Sequence record: ON185589.1
DNA: 46,060 nt
DNA from: Escherichia phage EC147
Reading direction: 5' to 3' (one strand)
The translations under genes and the position numbers were made by a program. Positions 1-9,829 of the stretch are shown here, one piece after another. Every line of letters begins with the position of its first letter. The stretch's first letter is position 1. The notes beneath the pieces were generated by a model. The model was given only the letters and a program-made list of their open reading frames with translations. It searched no databases and had not been told where the DNA came from.

Positions 1-522
1 ATGGCTAAAAACGTTGAGCCAGCAGTAAAGGCTTGCAATTTTAAAAAACTATATAATAAGCAATATGGCGATATTGCAAAAATGACAAAGGCGCACAAGT
101 ACACGCCGGAACAGGTATTTGATCTTGCTGTTCGTTACTTTACGTGGGCCGAGGAAAATCATATACAGGCTGCGGAAACGGCATCCTTTCAGGGTGATGT
201 ATACGAAAGCAAGATTCACAAGCCGCGCGTGTTCACCTTAAATGGATTCCGCTTATTCGCTGGCCTTTCTGCTTCCGTGCTTGAAAAATGGCGACGCGAG
301 CCAGGATTCAGCGATGTTATGGACTTTATCGACGGCGTTGTTTACGAGCAAAAATTCCAGCTTGCTGCAAACAATATTGTTAACGCCGGATTCATTGGTA
401 AAGAGATCGGCATTGAAAAGTCAGCCACCGTTACCATTGAGAATAACACAAGCGCCAGCGTTGACGCTGTAACGGCGGAGGAAGTCAAAGAGGCGGTAAT
501 TGACATTCTGGAGAAGATATAA
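1..522 (+). CDS. putative terminase small subunit
   Basis: 173-aa ORF starting at window base 1, directly upstream of HNH and TerL; size and position fit a T1-like TerS; no diagnostic motif, call rests on synteny. Confidence 0.5.
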   Translation: MAKNVEPAVKACNFKKLYNKQYGDIAKMTKAHKYTPEQVFDLAVRYFTWAEENHIQAAETASFQGDVYESKIHKPRVFTLNGFRLFAGLSASVLEKWRREPGFSDVMDFIDGVVYEQKFQLAANNIVNAGFIGKEIGIEKSATVTIENNTSASVDAVTAEEVKEAVIDILEKI

Positions 523-1013
523 TGAACTACTCAGATTACTTTGTCTTATCTGACGAGTCGCCAAGCGGCTTGAAATGGAAGGTTAACAAAGGTAGATCTA
601 AGGTTGGAGATAACGCGATAACTGCTATCGGTGGCGGCTACTATAAAGGCCGCCTTAATCAAAAAACTGTATATGCGCACAGAATTGTGTTTGCACTTTA
701 CTATGGCTTTGAGCCTGATGTTGTTGATCATATTGATGGTGATAGTTTGAACAATAATCCGTTAAATTTAAGGGATGGCACAAAGGCAACGAATAATCAA
801 AACCGCGTGGTGTTTGGGGCTTACTATCATAAAAGGGATGGTGTTTTTTATTCCTCGATATGTGTTAACGGTGAAAGGCATCATTTAGGAACATTTAAAA
901 GTGAGGTTGAGGCAAGGGCGGCGTACATTTCAGCAAAGCCAAAGTTTCACGAGTTCGCAAATATGGAGAGGTATAAACATGCTAATTTGGGAAGACTTGA
1001 CGCCAGCGCATAA
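522..1013 (+). CDS. HNH homing endonuclease with AP2-like DNA-binding domain
   Basis: HNH motif VDHIDGDSLNNNPLNLR..NNQN followed by AP2-like GVFYSSICVNGERHHLGTFKSEVEARAAY; ATG overlaps TerS stop (TAATG). Confidence 0.85.
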   Translation: MNYSDYFVLSDESPSGLKWKVNKGRSKVGDNAITAIGGGYYKGRLNQKTVYAHRIVFALYYGFEPDVVDHIDGDSLNNNPLNLRDGTKATNNQNRVVFGAYYHKRDGVFYSSICVNGERHHLGTFKSEVEARAAYISAKPKFHEFANMERYKHANLGRLDASA

Positions 1014-2547
1014 AAGAGCAATCAAGGAAATGAGTGAGCATTCATTCGAAAAGATGATCAGAATATGGTTTTCTCTTTTGCAAGGTCAGAAATTCTTAGG
1101 AAACTGGCATTTCAGCTACCTATGTAGCGAAGTTGAAAAAATCATCAAAGGCGAGTCACAGAACGTAATTTTCAACATAACGCCAGGCAGCGGTAAAACA
1201 GAGATATTCTCGATCCATATGTCACCTTATGCGTCATTGAAAAGTAAGAAGGTGCGAAATCTTAATCTTTCGTTTAGTGATGGCCTTGTCCAGCAGAATA
1301 GCAACCGCATCAAAGAGATTATTGGTTCTCCAGAATGGCAGGAGCTATGGCCTGGAAAGCTGGCAAAGGCGAGCGCAAAGGATTTGATTGTAACCGATGG
1401 CGGCAAGGTTAAATTGCAAGTTAACTCGCGTTCTATCGGTGGTCAGGTTACTGGTCTGCGTGGCGGCTACATGGATGATGGATTTACTGGTATGCTGGTT
1501 CTTGACGATCCAGACAAGCCGGATGATATGCTTTCTAAGGTGAAGCGCGAAGCCGGACACATGCGCCTAAAGAACACGGTGCGATCACGTCGAATGAAGG
1601 ACACCACGCCAATCGTAATGGTCCAGCAACGGCTACACGTCAATGATTCAACATGGTTCATGACAAACGGCGGCATGGGCGGCATCCAGTTTAAGGTGGT
1701 CAGTATTCCGGCGCTCGTTACTAAGGAATATCGCGAAACGCTTCCTGATTGGTTAAAGCCTGAGTTTGATCGCGATGTTTTGTCCAGTAAGCCAGTAATG
1801 ATTGATGGTGTTGCTCATTATTCATTCTGGCCTGCTAAGGAAAGCGCGGAGGAATTACTTGCACTTCGAAATGCTGATCCGTACACGTTTGCTAGTCAGT
1901 ATCAGCAACAGCCTGTTGCGCTTGGCGGCAACGTGTTTAAAACAGAGTGGTTTCAGTATTACGGAAGCAGCGAGAAATGCACGCTACCAAAACCGGATCG
2001 CTTTGAATATACATTTATCACGGTTGATACCGCGCAGAAAACAGGGGAGCTTAACGACTACTCCGTGATCTGTTATTGGGGGATGTATAAAGATCGCGTT
2101 TACTTCATTGATGGTGTTCGCGGAAAATGGGAAGCGCCAGACCTTGAGACTAATTTTGTTGCGTTCGTTAATCAGTGCTGGAAGCGCAATAAAGAATGCG
2201 GAACGTTGAGAAGGATTCATGTTGAAGATAAATCGTCTGGCACTGGCTTGATTCAGAGCGCAGCGAAAAAAATCATGATCAAGATCAATCCCGTTCAGCG
2301 CGATAAAGACAAGGTTACTCGTGCAATGGACGCAGCGCCAGTAATGCGCGCCGGACGCGTAGCACTTCCAGAATCGCATCCTATGCTGGCTGAGATACTA
2401 GCTGAAGTTGCGGCGTTCACATTCGATGATTCGCATCCTCATGATGATATTGTTGATAACATCATTGATGCGGTTAACATTGAAATGAACATGGCAGATG
2501 ATCCGGTTGGAAGAATGAAAAAATTGGCAGGTTTGCGGAACAAATAG
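979..2547 (+). CDS. terminase large subunit
   Basis: ORF track frame 901..2547; first ATG with RBS GGAGAGG is at 979 (MLIWEDL..); P-loop-like ITPGSGKTE and acidic VLDDPDKPDD; 522 aa; overlaps HNH 3' end by 35 nt. Confidence 0.85.
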   Translation: MLIWEDLTPAHKRAIKEMSEHSFEKMIRIWFSLLQGQKFLGNWHFSYLCSEVEKIIKGESQNVIFNITPGSGKTEIFSIHMSPYASLKSKKVRNLNLSFSDGLVQQNSNRIKEIIGSPEWQELWPGKLAKASAKDLIVTDGGKVKLQVNSRSIGGQVTGLRGGYMDDGFTGMLVLDDPDKPDDMLSKVKREAGHMRLKNTVRSRRMKDTTPIVMVQQRLHVNDSTWFMTNGGMGGIQFKVVSIPALVTKEYRETLPDWLKPEFDRDVLSSKPVMIDGVAHYSFWPAKESAEELLALRNADPYTFASQYQQQPVALGGNVFKTEWFQYYGSSEKCTLPKPDRFEYTFITVDTAQKTGELNDYSVICYWGMYKDRVYFIDGVRGKWEAPDLETNFVAFVNQCWKRNKECGTLRRIHVEDKSSGTGLIQSAAKKIMIKINPVQRDKDKVTRAMDAAPVMRAGRVALPESHPMLAEILAEVAAFTFDDSHPHDDIVDNIIDAVNIEMNMADDPVGRMKKLAGLRNK

Positions 2548-2576
2548 CACGAATCGACAAACCAATATATAATCAA

Positions 2577-2602
2577 AGGCTGGTTAATCCAGCCTTTTTT
2601 AT
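2577..2602 (+). terminator. rho-independent terminator-like hairpin after TerL
   Basis: AGGCTGG-TTAAT-CCAGCCT stem-loop followed by TTTTTT. Confidence 0.5.
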
Positions 2603-2615
2603 TGGAGGAAAGATA

Positions 2616-3896
2616 ATGAGTAAATCACGAATCGTTAAGGCCGATGGCTATAACGAGATCTTTAAAGGCGAGAATTGCAAATCTCGAGTAGAGCAACCAT
2701 TCTACATGCAATCAATGCCATACAAGACGCTTGCTGACTTTTACGAAAAAGATGGCCTGGCAAAAAGGGTTATTGACGTAGTACCAGAGGAAATGGTTTC
2801 CCCTGGCTTTACTGTTGACGGCGTGGCAGACGAGGCAGCATTCCGTTCTTTGTGGGATGAGAAGCGATTGAATGCAAAAATTATTGATGCGCTTTGCTGG
2901 TCGCGTTTGTTTGGCGGATCTGCAATCATTGCTCTTGTTCAGGATGGGCGGGCGCTCAAATCACCTGTAAAGCCTGGTGCCATGCTGGAAGATGTGCGCG
3001 TTTATGATCGTTATCAGATTCGCGTTGAAGCGCGAGAAACTAATCCCCGCAAGGTTCGCTATGGTGAGCCAGTGCTTTACACTGTAACGCCAGGTGGAGA
3101 CTTGCCAGAATACCAGGTACACTACACGCGCGTTTGCATTATCGACGGTGAGCGGATACCTAACGCAAAGCGACGCAGCAATGATGGCTGGGGTGAGTCA
3201 GTTCTTAACAAGCGACTTGTCGAGGCTATTGTTGATTATAACTATTGTGAAACATTAGCGACGCAATTATTGCGAAGAAAACAACAGGCAGTATGGAAAG
3301 CTAAAGGTCTTGCGGACTTGTGTGATGATGAGGAAGGTGTTAGCGCGGCACGCCTGAGACTTGCGCAGGTTGACGACGAGGGCGGCGTAGGCAAGGCCAT
3401 TGGTATTGATGCTGAGGATGAGGAATATGATGTTCTTAACTCTGACATTAGCGGCGTTGATTCTTTTCTGGAAAAGAAAATGGATCGCATCGTTTCCCTT
3501 TCAGGTATTCATGAAATCATCCTGAAAAATAAAAACGTTGGCGGCGTTAGCGCAAGCCAAAACACGGCGCTTGAAACATTCTATAAGCTGATTGAACGAA
3601 AACGCGTTGAGGATTACAAGCCTATCCTTGAATTTCTATTACCGTTCATTATTAGTGAGCAGGAGTGGAGCATTGAGTTTTCACCTTTGAGCGTGCCTAG
3701 CGATAAAGATCAGGCTGAAATTCTGAATAAGAATATCGACTCAATCAGCAAGGCTATTGATGGTCAGTTCCTTGATGTTGAAGAAGCGCGAGACACGTTG
3801 CGAGCAATCGCCACAAGAGTTAAACTAAAGGACACTAATAAAATCAAGCTGCCGGAGCCAACTGAGCAGGAGCCAGGCACACAGGGGAATGAGTAA
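2616..3896 (+). CDS. portal protein
   Basis: 426-aa ORF immediately after TerL, RBS GGAGG; size and position typical of siphovirus portal. Confidence 0.7.
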   Translation: MSKSRIVKADGYNEIFKGENCKSRVEQPFYMQSMPYKTLADFYEKDGLAKRVIDVVPEEMVSPGFTVDGVADEAAFRSLWDEKRLNAKIIDALCWSRLFGGSAIIALVQDGRALKSPVKPGAMLEDVRVYDRYQIRVEARETNPRKVRYGEPVLYTVTPGGDLPEYQVHYTRVCIIDGERIPNAKRRSNDGWGESVLNKRLVEAIVDYNYCETLATQLLRRKQQAVWKAKGLADLCDDEEGVSAARLRLAQVDDEGGVGKAIGIDAEDEEYDVLNSDISGVDSFLEKKMDRIVSLSGIHEIILKNKNVGGVSASQNTALETFYKLIERKRVEDYKPILEFLLPFIISEQEWSIEFSPLSVPSDKDQAEILNKNIDSISKAIDGQFLDVEEARDTLRAIATRVKLKDTNKIKLPEPTEQEPGTQGNE

Positions 3897-4660
3897 TGAA
3901 AGTGAAGGGCGTCGTTAAACAATGGCGCTTTCCTGAAGCAAGCGAGCGGCAATTTAGCCGCTCAATTCAGGAGGCAATTAGAGATCTTGTAGTTCTCATG
4001 CGCAAGCGAACAAAAGCGATGAAGTTTGACGCAACAGATAATGAGATCAACAGCGCAGAAGATGAAATTAACAGCCTGGCAACTGACCTTATAGCTGGCA
4101 TTGTTTCCACTCTTCCTGCAATCGCGTTGACCATTTATAAATTCAATGCGAAGCAGTTTATCAATGTTGCCAAGTCAACTGGCGGAAAGGATAACACGGC
4201 GGTAATTGTTTTGATCGCGGTTGGAGCTAACGCTAACGAGGAATGGTATCAGACGCTTTACGGGCAATGGCACGGACTCACAGAATCATCGCTAAGAAAA
4301 TTGTTCACAAATATTGTGTCTGACTGGTCAACAAACATTCGCAATGCAAACTTTCGCGGAAGCGATGATAAACAGGTTAATGATCTTGCAGAAAAGAGAT
4401 TTGCTGTTTATAGCTCTTGGGGTAAGACGAGATCAGAAAACATTATCGGAGCGTGGAATAGTCGCCTGATGCGCCAGCGTCTTTATGATGCTAAGGTAAC
4501 TCATTATTTCTGGCATGGAATGTTAGATGACAGAGAGCGTTTGCAACATGTGTTATGGGAAGGTAAAAGAATAGCGCTTGATGCAATTCATGATTTCCCT
4601 GGTGAGCCGTGGGGTTGCCGTTGCTGGGCGATTCCAGATTGGAATAGTAAAGGAGAGTAA
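3896..4660 (+). CDS. putative head morphogenesis (minor head) protein
   Basis: 254-aa ORF translationally coupled to portal (TAATG); position typical of SPP1 gp7 / Mu F-like head morphogenesis protein. Confidence 0.5.
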   Translation: MKVKGVVKQWRFPEASERQFSRSIQEAIRDLVVLMRKRTKAMKFDATDNEINSAEDEINSLATDLIAGIVSTLPAIALTIYKFNAKQFINVAKSTGGKDNTAVIVLIAVGANANEEWYQTLYGQWHGLTESSLRKLFTNIVSDWSTNIRNANFRGSDDKQVNDLAEKRFAVYSSWGKTRSENIIGAWNSRLMRQRLYDAKVTHYFWHGMLDDRERLQHVLWEGKRIALDAIHDFPGEPWGCRCWAIPDWNSKGE

Positions 4661-4663
4661 TTA

Positions 4664-5776
4664 ATGAAGGCAAAACAAAGATTTGATAGCGTCCAGGTTA
4701 AGGCGCATTTTGATGATAATGGCTTTTTAGTTGATCGCCCAATTGTGGCGCGAATTGGCTTGCAGGAGTATCACACGCCGTATGGAATCAGACGAGAGTT
4801 CAGACCAGCGTCCGAGGTGTTCAAGGCTGATTCCCTTGCTACTTTCGCAGGTAAGCCGATCACTATCGGTCACGTCACGGTAACACCGGACAATGCGGAT
4901 CAGGTTGTTGTTGGTTCATGCGCTGGTGCTGGTGTTCCAAATGGTGTTGGCGTTGAAGTTCCGTTAAGCATTTACTCAAAGCGAGCAATTGAGAGCGCAA
5001 AAAAGAAAGACACGGCTGAAATTTCAGTTGGTTACACATCGGTTGATATTGATAAGCCAGGCTGGGGTAATAATAAAACTGGTGACTACTTGTTTGAGGA
5101 AGACATTAAGGAAGACTGGAGGCCTGATTCTCCTGATTGGGTTAAATTTGACGTCATTCAGACGAATATTCGCGTTAATCACATTGCGCTTGTCTTTCGT
5201 GGTCGTGCTGGCATTGCCAAATTAAATCTTGATAGTGAACAAGAATTTCCGTATAGTGACGAGATTCTAAATGACAAAGGAGATGAGGAAATGACAGTAA
5301 AAATTAAACTTGATGGCGCGGTAGAATTTGATGTTCCAAAGGCCGTTGCTGATCATATTGAGGCGTTAAAGGCAGATGCAAAAGCTGCAACCGAAAAAGC
5401 TGATGGCCTTGAGGCCGAGCGCGACGCCCTGAAAACTAAAGTCGATGGCATTCCGGCGCAGATTGCAGAAGCTGTTAAGAAGGCAAAGACTGACGCAGAA
5501 GAACACGCCAAGCTGGTTGCAGATGCAACTGAAATTGGCATCAAGTGTGACGGCTTGGACGCTAAAGCGATCAAGGTTGCTTACGTCAAAGAAGTCACTG
5601 GCGCTGATATTTCAGAAAAAGCCGATGCATATATTGAAACAGCTTTTGACCTTGCGAAGCAGTCTGATAAAATGGCGGCGCAGCGTAAATCTGTTAAGGG
5701 CGATTCTTTCGGGTCTGGCAAGAGTGAAAAAACCGACTCCCTTGATCCGACTGCGCGTTTGAAAAAACTTAAATAA
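4664..5776 (+). CDS. putative scaffolding / prohead-associated protein
   Basis: 370 aa; C-terminal half is Ala/Lys/Glu-rich and predicted coiled-coil (KADAKAATEKADGLEAERDALKTKVDG..); lies between head morphogenesis and capsid genes. Confidence 0.5.
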   Translation: MKAKQRFDSVQVKAHFDDNGFLVDRPIVARIGLQEYHTPYGIRREFRPASEVFKADSLATFAGKPITIGHVTVTPDNADQVVVGSCAGAGVPNGVGVEVPLSIYSKRAIESAKKKDTAEISVGYTSVDIDKPGWGNNKTGDYLFEEDIKEDWRPDSPDWVKFDVIQTNIRVNHIALVFRGRAGIAKLNLDSEQEFPYSDEILNDKGDEEMTVKIKLDGAVEFDVPKAVADHIEALKADAKAATEKADGLEAERDALKTKVDGIPAQIAEAVKKAKTDAEEHAKLVADATEIGIKCDGLDAKAIKVAYVKEVTGADISEKADAYIETAFDLAKQSDKMAAQRKSVKGDSFGSGKSEKTDSLDPTARLKKLK

Positions 5777-5788
5777 GGAGAAATAAAC

Positions 5789-6301
5789 ATGGCTACAATT
5801 GGAGAAAGTTATTTTGATGTAATGTCTCGTGCGTTACCTGGTCAGGTTTCTGACACTTCAGCTTATAATATTGATGGCGCTTGTGTTCTTGAGAATGCAG
5901 AAGGCAATCAGAATAAGTCTGTTTTTGTTGGTGTGGCGGTACAGCATGGCGGCGTTGATGCTATGGGTAATAAGCTAATTAAGCCGATGGCGGCAAGCGG
6001 CAAGGCTTACGGCGTTGCAATTCGATCTCACTTTCAGACAACTTCGTCTGACGGTCGAATGATTTATGAATCTGGCAGCGTAATCAACGTAATGACTGAG
6101 GGGCGTGTTTGGATGTTGGCTAAAGACGCCTCCGCGCCAGCTTTCGGCACTGCAATCAAACTGTCTGATGATGGTCAGGTCGATACCACGTCTGGCACTA
6201 TCGAAACAAACTGGATCGCGACTGGTGATTTCACCAAGTTTCAAGACTTGAAGCTGGTAGAGGTTCAGGTGCAAAAAATTCCGGCAGTTTCAGCAGGTTA
6301 A
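5789..6301 (+). CDS. capsid-associated structural protein, paralog A
   Basis: 170 aa, RBS AAGGAG; shares motif EGRVWMLAKDASAPAFG with the next ORF (RGNVWCLTSESEAPEYG). Confidence 0.5.
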   Translation: MATIGESYFDVMSRALPGQVSDTSAYNIDGACVLENAEGNQNKSVFVGVAVQHGGVDAMGNKLIKPMAASGKAYGVAIRSHFQTTSSDGRMIYESGSVINVMTEGRVWMLAKDASAPAFGTAIKLSDDGQVDTTSGTIETNWIATGDFTKFQDLKLVEVQVQKIPAVSAG

Positions 6302-6308
6302 TAAATAT

Positions 6309-6333
6309 GGCGCTCAGTGAGCGCCTTTTTTAT
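6309..6333 (+). terminator. terminator-like hairpin
   Basis: GGCGC-TCAGTGA-GCGCC followed by TTTTTT. Confidence 0.5.
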
Positions 6334-6346
6334 ATTTGGAGTTCTC

Positions 6347-6781
6347 ATGAGTGATTATTCAGTCATTGTTGGCGCTGAGTCGCCAGGGTGCATGGTCGAT
6401 TCTTCAATAATGGTGATTAACGGATCTTTCGTGTGCGGAGATGAATTTATTGCGCCAGGTAAGATTGTGCGACTATCACATATAACAAATGGATACAAAA
6501 TAGCAAGTGTTAATGGGGATCTCGTTATTGGCGTGGCAGTAAGGCCGCCGGACTCGTGCATATATGAAGAGGGCGATCCAGTTAATGTGGTTAGTCGAGG
6601 TAATGTTTGGTGCTTAACTTCTGAGAGCGAAGCGCCAGAATATGGAGATAAAGTATTTGTAACGCAAGATGGAGATGTGGCATACAGTGAAGGCGACTTG
6701 CTGATTGGTTGGATCTTTACTGGCGAACATGTAAAGGTTGATAATGATTCATATATTGTCGGGGTAAGCATTGACCCATAA
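6347..6781 (+). CDS. capsid-associated structural protein, paralog B
   Basis: ORF track start 6317 is a GTG inside the terminator stem; ATG at 6347 has RBS GGAG; 144 aa; paralogous to 5789..6301. Confidence 0.5.
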   Translation: MSDYSVIVGAESPGCMVDSSIMVINGSFVCGDEFIAPGKIVRLSHITNGYKIASVNGDLVIGVAVRPPDSCIYEEGDPVNVVSRGNVWCLTSESEAPEYGDKVFVTQDGDVAYSEGDLLIGWIFTGEHVKVDNDSYIVGVSIDP

Positions 6782-6799
6782 CACAAAATTATGTTGCAC

Positions 6800-6820
6800 G
6801 TTTAACAAAAAATGCTATCA
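6800..6820 (-). promoter_or_regulatory. copy of conserved 21-bp element, reverse orientation, without a good -10
   Basis: GTTTAACAAAAAATGCTATCA on plus strand (revcomp TGATAGCATTTTTTGTTAAAC); on minus strand followed by CATAAT after only 6 nt instead of 18. Confidence 0.35.
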
Positions 6821-6864
6821 TTGGTCAGTTACATACTAACGACCTTTATATATGGAGGAAGAAA

Positions 6865-7839
6865 ATGGAAAAAGAAAAATTTGATCAGCTAGATGCGGAC
6901 ATTGTTTCTAGCTATCTGGCTACTCGCGGCGTTAAAGGTGATGCGTCCGATATGGGTATTTGGGCCGCTCAAGAACTGCATAAGATTCGCTCTAATGCTT
7001 ACGAGAAAGAATATCCGGCAGGTTCGGCGCTTCGCGTATTCCCTGTAACTAATGAGCTTTCTGATACTGATAAGACTTTTGAATATCAGGTGTTTGACAA
7101 AGTTGGTTACGCAAAAATTATCGCTGAGTACACCGACGACCTGCCGACCGTTGACGCGCTGATGTCTAGCGAATTCGGTAAAGTATTCCGCCTGGGTAAC
7201 GCGTTCTTGATCTCCATTGACGAAATCAAGGCTGGTCAGCGCACTGGTAAGAGCCTTTCCGCTCGCAAGGCAAACGCAGCGCAAAACGCTCATGATCAGG
7301 AAGTTAACCGCCTGGTGTTTAAGGGTTCAAAGCCGCATAAGATTCTTTCGGTGTTCGAACATCCTAACCTGCCAAAGATCGCGTCTTCTGGCTGGTTAAG
7401 TAAAGATGAAAACACTAAGTTCCCACAGGCGGCATCTGATGAACTGGAAAAGGCTATTGAAATCATTCATACCATCACCAATGGTCAGCACCGAGCAACC
7501 AACATCCTGATTCCGCCGTCTATGCGCAAGGTTCTTTCCGTTCGAATGGAAAACACCACTGAAAGTTATCTGGAATACTTCCAGAAACAAAACAGCGGAA
7601 TCACCATCGACTCAATCGCAGAGCTTGAGGATATTAATGGCACTGGAACGAAAGGTTGCCTGGTATATGAGAAAGACCCGATGAACATGTCGATCGAAAT
7701 TCCAGAAGCATTTAACATGCTTCCGGCGCAACCAAAAGATCTGCATTTCAAAGTTCCGTGCACTTCAAAATGTACTGGCCTGACGATTTACCGTCCGTTT
7801 ACGCTAGTGCTTATTACTGGCTTGAAAAAATCAGGTTAA
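6865..7839 (+). CDS. major capsid protein
   Basis: 324 aa, strong RBS GGAGGAAG, flanked by terminators on both sides (monocistronic high-expression unit); position after scaffold. Confidence 0.65.
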   Translation: MEKEKFDQLDADIVSSYLATRGVKGDASDMGIWAAQELHKIRSNAYEKEYPAGSALRVFPVTNELSDTDKTFEYQVFDKVGYAKIIAEYTDDLPTVDALMSSEFGKVFRLGNAFLISIDEIKAGQRTGKSLSARKANAAQNAHDQEVNRLVFKGSKPHKILSVFEHPNLPKIASSGWLSKDENTKFPQAASDELEKAIEIIHTITNGQHRATNILIPPSMRKVLSVRMENTTESYLEYFQKQNSGITIDSIAELEDINGTGTKGCLVYEKDPMNMSIEIPEAFNMLPAQPKDLHFKVPCTSKCTGLTIYRPFTLVLITGLKKSG

Positions 7840-7851
7840 TCGTATAACATT

Positions 7852-7882
7852 GGGGAATCCTTAACTGGATTCCCTTTTTTAT
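7852..7882 (+). terminator. rho-independent terminator
   Basis: GGGGAATCC-TTAACT-GGATTCCC stem followed by TTTTTT. Confidence 0.65.
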
Positions 7883-7895
7883 TGGAGGTTATGAA

Positions 7896-8168
7896 ATGGC
7901 TAAAGAAAAAACTGTAACGCTAAAGGTTTCCGGCGTGTGCCTTATCATTGTTGATGGTGAGCATTATCATCCAGGCAAAGAGTTTGACGTAGAAGAATCA
8001 AAATTGAAAACAAGCGCGTTTGAATATCTAATTGCAAAAGGCGATCTGGAGGTTAAAGACAACTCCGCATTGAACGAAGAAATCAAACAGAGCGCAGCAA
8101 GCAAACGTAAAAAAGACCCACGAGAGGGCAAGAGCAAAGCCGAACTTGAAGACGGCGGCATCTATTAA
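7896..8168 (+). CDS. hypothetical head-associated protein
   Basis: 90 aa, RBS GGAGG; Lys/Glu-rich C-terminus. Confidence 0.45.
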   Translation: MAKEKTVTLKVSGVCLIIVDGEHYHPGKEFDVEESKLKTSAFEYLIAKGDLEVKDNSALNEEIKQSAASKRKKDPREGKSKAELEDGGIY

Positions 8169-8174
8169 TAAAGA

Positions 8175-8196
8175 GGGCGCTATAAGCGCCCTTTGT
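8175..8196 (+). terminator. weak terminator-like hairpin
   Basis: GGGCGC-TATAA-GCGCCC followed by TTTGT. Confidence 0.35.
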
Positions 8197-8215
8197 CATA
8201 TCTGGAGGAAACACA

Positions 8216-8632
8216 ATGGTTGATGAATTTTTCACTGACGCAGAAATCACGCAGCAAATCGTGAAATTAGCGCCACCGATGAAGCAGATTGATCCAGATT
8301 TAATGGTGGCATGGATTGAGCTTGCAAAGGAATTTGTTTGCAAGAAGCGGTTTAAAGAATCATATCCTAAAGCGGTTGCCCTTTATACTTTGCACCTTAT
8401 GACGCTTGATGGAGCCATGAAGCAAGAAGGGGAAAGCGTAGAGAGTTACTCACGGCGCGTGGCGTCATTTTCCCTGACTGGTGAATTTAGCCAGACATTT
8501 GATCGCGTGTCCGGCGATTCAAGCGGAAAAGAGATTAGACAAACTCCGTGGGGTAAAATGTATGAGACGTTAAATAGAAAAAAAGGCGGTGGATTTGGCC
8601 TTGTGACTGGATTTCGGAGGCGCTGCAAATGA
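8216..8632 (+). CDS. hypothetical head-tail joining region protein
   Basis: 138 aa, RBS GGAGG; position between capsid and tail genes. Confidence 0.45.
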   Translation: MVDEFFTDAEITQQIVKLAPPMKQIDPDLMVAWIELAKEFVCKKRFKESYPKAVALYTLHLMTLDGAMKQEGESVESYSRRVASFSLTGEFSQTFDRVSGDSSGKEIRQTPWGKMYETLNRKKGGGFGLVTGFRRRCK

Positions 8633-9000
8633 ACTATAACGAGATCGCAAGAATGGCAACCGAAGGAATTAACTTCTTTAGTGATAGCAACGGTGAGTTT
8701 AAGTGCATAACGCAGCGTGGAAGCGTTGAAATCATCGGAGGCGAAGAAGTAGAAAAGCCAGAGATTAGTGTAATGATTAAGGGTTTAATTAGATCACCCA
8801 AAGTCCGAGAGGTTGACGGCGAGACAATACGAGTAACCGACAAGTTGGGAGTTTTTAACAATAAAGTTGAAATTAAGAACGGGTATCATATTGATGTTGA
8901 TGGTGAGTTATATGTTGTAGTTGAAGCAAGACCAATCAGGCAAACCAATGTCACTGTTGCTTATCGGCCTATTTTGAGAAGGATTTCTGTACATGGCTAA
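8629..9000 (+). CDS. hypothetical head-tail joining region protein
   Basis: 123 aa; ATGA start/stop overlap with upstream ORF. Confidence 0.45.
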   Translation: MNYNEIARMATEGINFFSDSNGEFKCITQRGSVEIIGGEEVEKPEISVMIKGLIRSPKVREVDGETIRVTDKLGVFNNKVEIKNGYHIDVDGELYVVVEARPIRQTNVTVAYRPILRRISVHG

Positions 9001-9436
9001 AAACTACACGATAAGGGAATTTCACGGCAACATTGATGCGTGGATAAACGCCGTTGATAGTGGATTAAAAGATTGCGTGGAGTTGTTCGCCGAAAAAGTA
9101 CACACAGATTTGGTTAAGCGTTCTCCGGTAGATACTGGTCGTTACCGTGGAAACTGGCAGGTAACAGCAAATAAGCCGCCATTGTATGCGCTTAATCAGT
9201 ACGATAAGCACGGAGACAAAACGATCGCGGAAGGAAAACGTGCCATATACGCAATATTACGAGGTGGCGGCGCAGTAAGAGCTATTTATTTTTCTAACAT
9301 GCTTATTTATGCTAACGCGCTTGAGTACGGTCATTCAAAACAAGCGCCAGCGGGTGTGCTTGGTATTGTTGCCGTGAAATTGCGTTCATATATGGCTGAG
9401 GCAATAAAAGAGTCGAGGGCAAAAAATGCACTATGA
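8993..9436 (+). CDS. putative neck / tail completion protein (HK97 gp10-like)
   Basis: 147 aa; motif PVDTGRYRGNW resembles HK97 gp10-family tail-completion proteins; overlaps upstream ORF. Confidence 0.6.
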   Translation: MAKNYTIREFHGNIDAWINAVDSGLKDCVELFAEKVHTDLVKRSPVDTGRYRGNWQVTANKPPLYALNQYDKHGDKTIAEGKRAIYAILRGGGAVRAIYFSNMLIYANALEYGHSKQAPAGVLGIVAVKLRSYMAEAIKESRAKNAL

Positions 9437-9824
9437 ATTAATGCTATCGGCGCGTAAGGCGCTGGCGACTGAATACGAAAGCAGATTCAAGATCGCTTAT
9501 GAAAACGTAGAGTTTACGCCACCTGGTGACGGTTCGCCGTGGTTGAAGTTTGACTATGCCGAAGTTGATACAGAATACTTGTCATTGGATCGAAAATGCG
9601 TTTCCTGTATCGGAATGATTCAGGTTGGCATTGTGTTTCCACCAGGTTACGGAACTGACAGGCCGCGCGTTCTCGCTAAAGAGATTGCGCAATTCTTTTA
9701 CGATGGTAAAATGTTGGAGCATGGTTATATATATGAGGGTGCAAGAGTTCACAAGCCGCTCAAGAGTGAAAGCGGTTGGCTTCTCCCTGTAAGATTTTAT
9801 GTTCGAATTGAAACAAAGGAGTAA
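9426..9824 (+). CDS. putative tail terminator protein
   Basis: 132 aa ORF directly upstream of major tail protein gene; call by synteny. Confidence 0.4.
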   Translation: MHYELMLSARKALATEYESRFKIAYENVEFTPPGDGSPWLKFDYAEVDTEYLSLDRKCVSCIGMIQVGIVFPPGYGTDRPRVLAKEIAQFFYDGKMLEHGYIYEGARVHKPLKSESGWLLPVRFYVRIETKE

Positions 9825-9829
9825 AAATT

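Noticed and set aside
901-978. N-terminal extension of TerL from the ORF-track start at 901
   Set aside because: The extension lies inside the HNH gene and has no RBS; the ATG at 979 has a GGAGAGG RBS.
5445-5762. ORFs nested inside the scaffold gene (4989..5225, 5353..5574, 5445..5762, 5581..5790)
   Set aside because: Alternative frames or antisense of a well-supported gene; low-complexity translations; no independent start signals.
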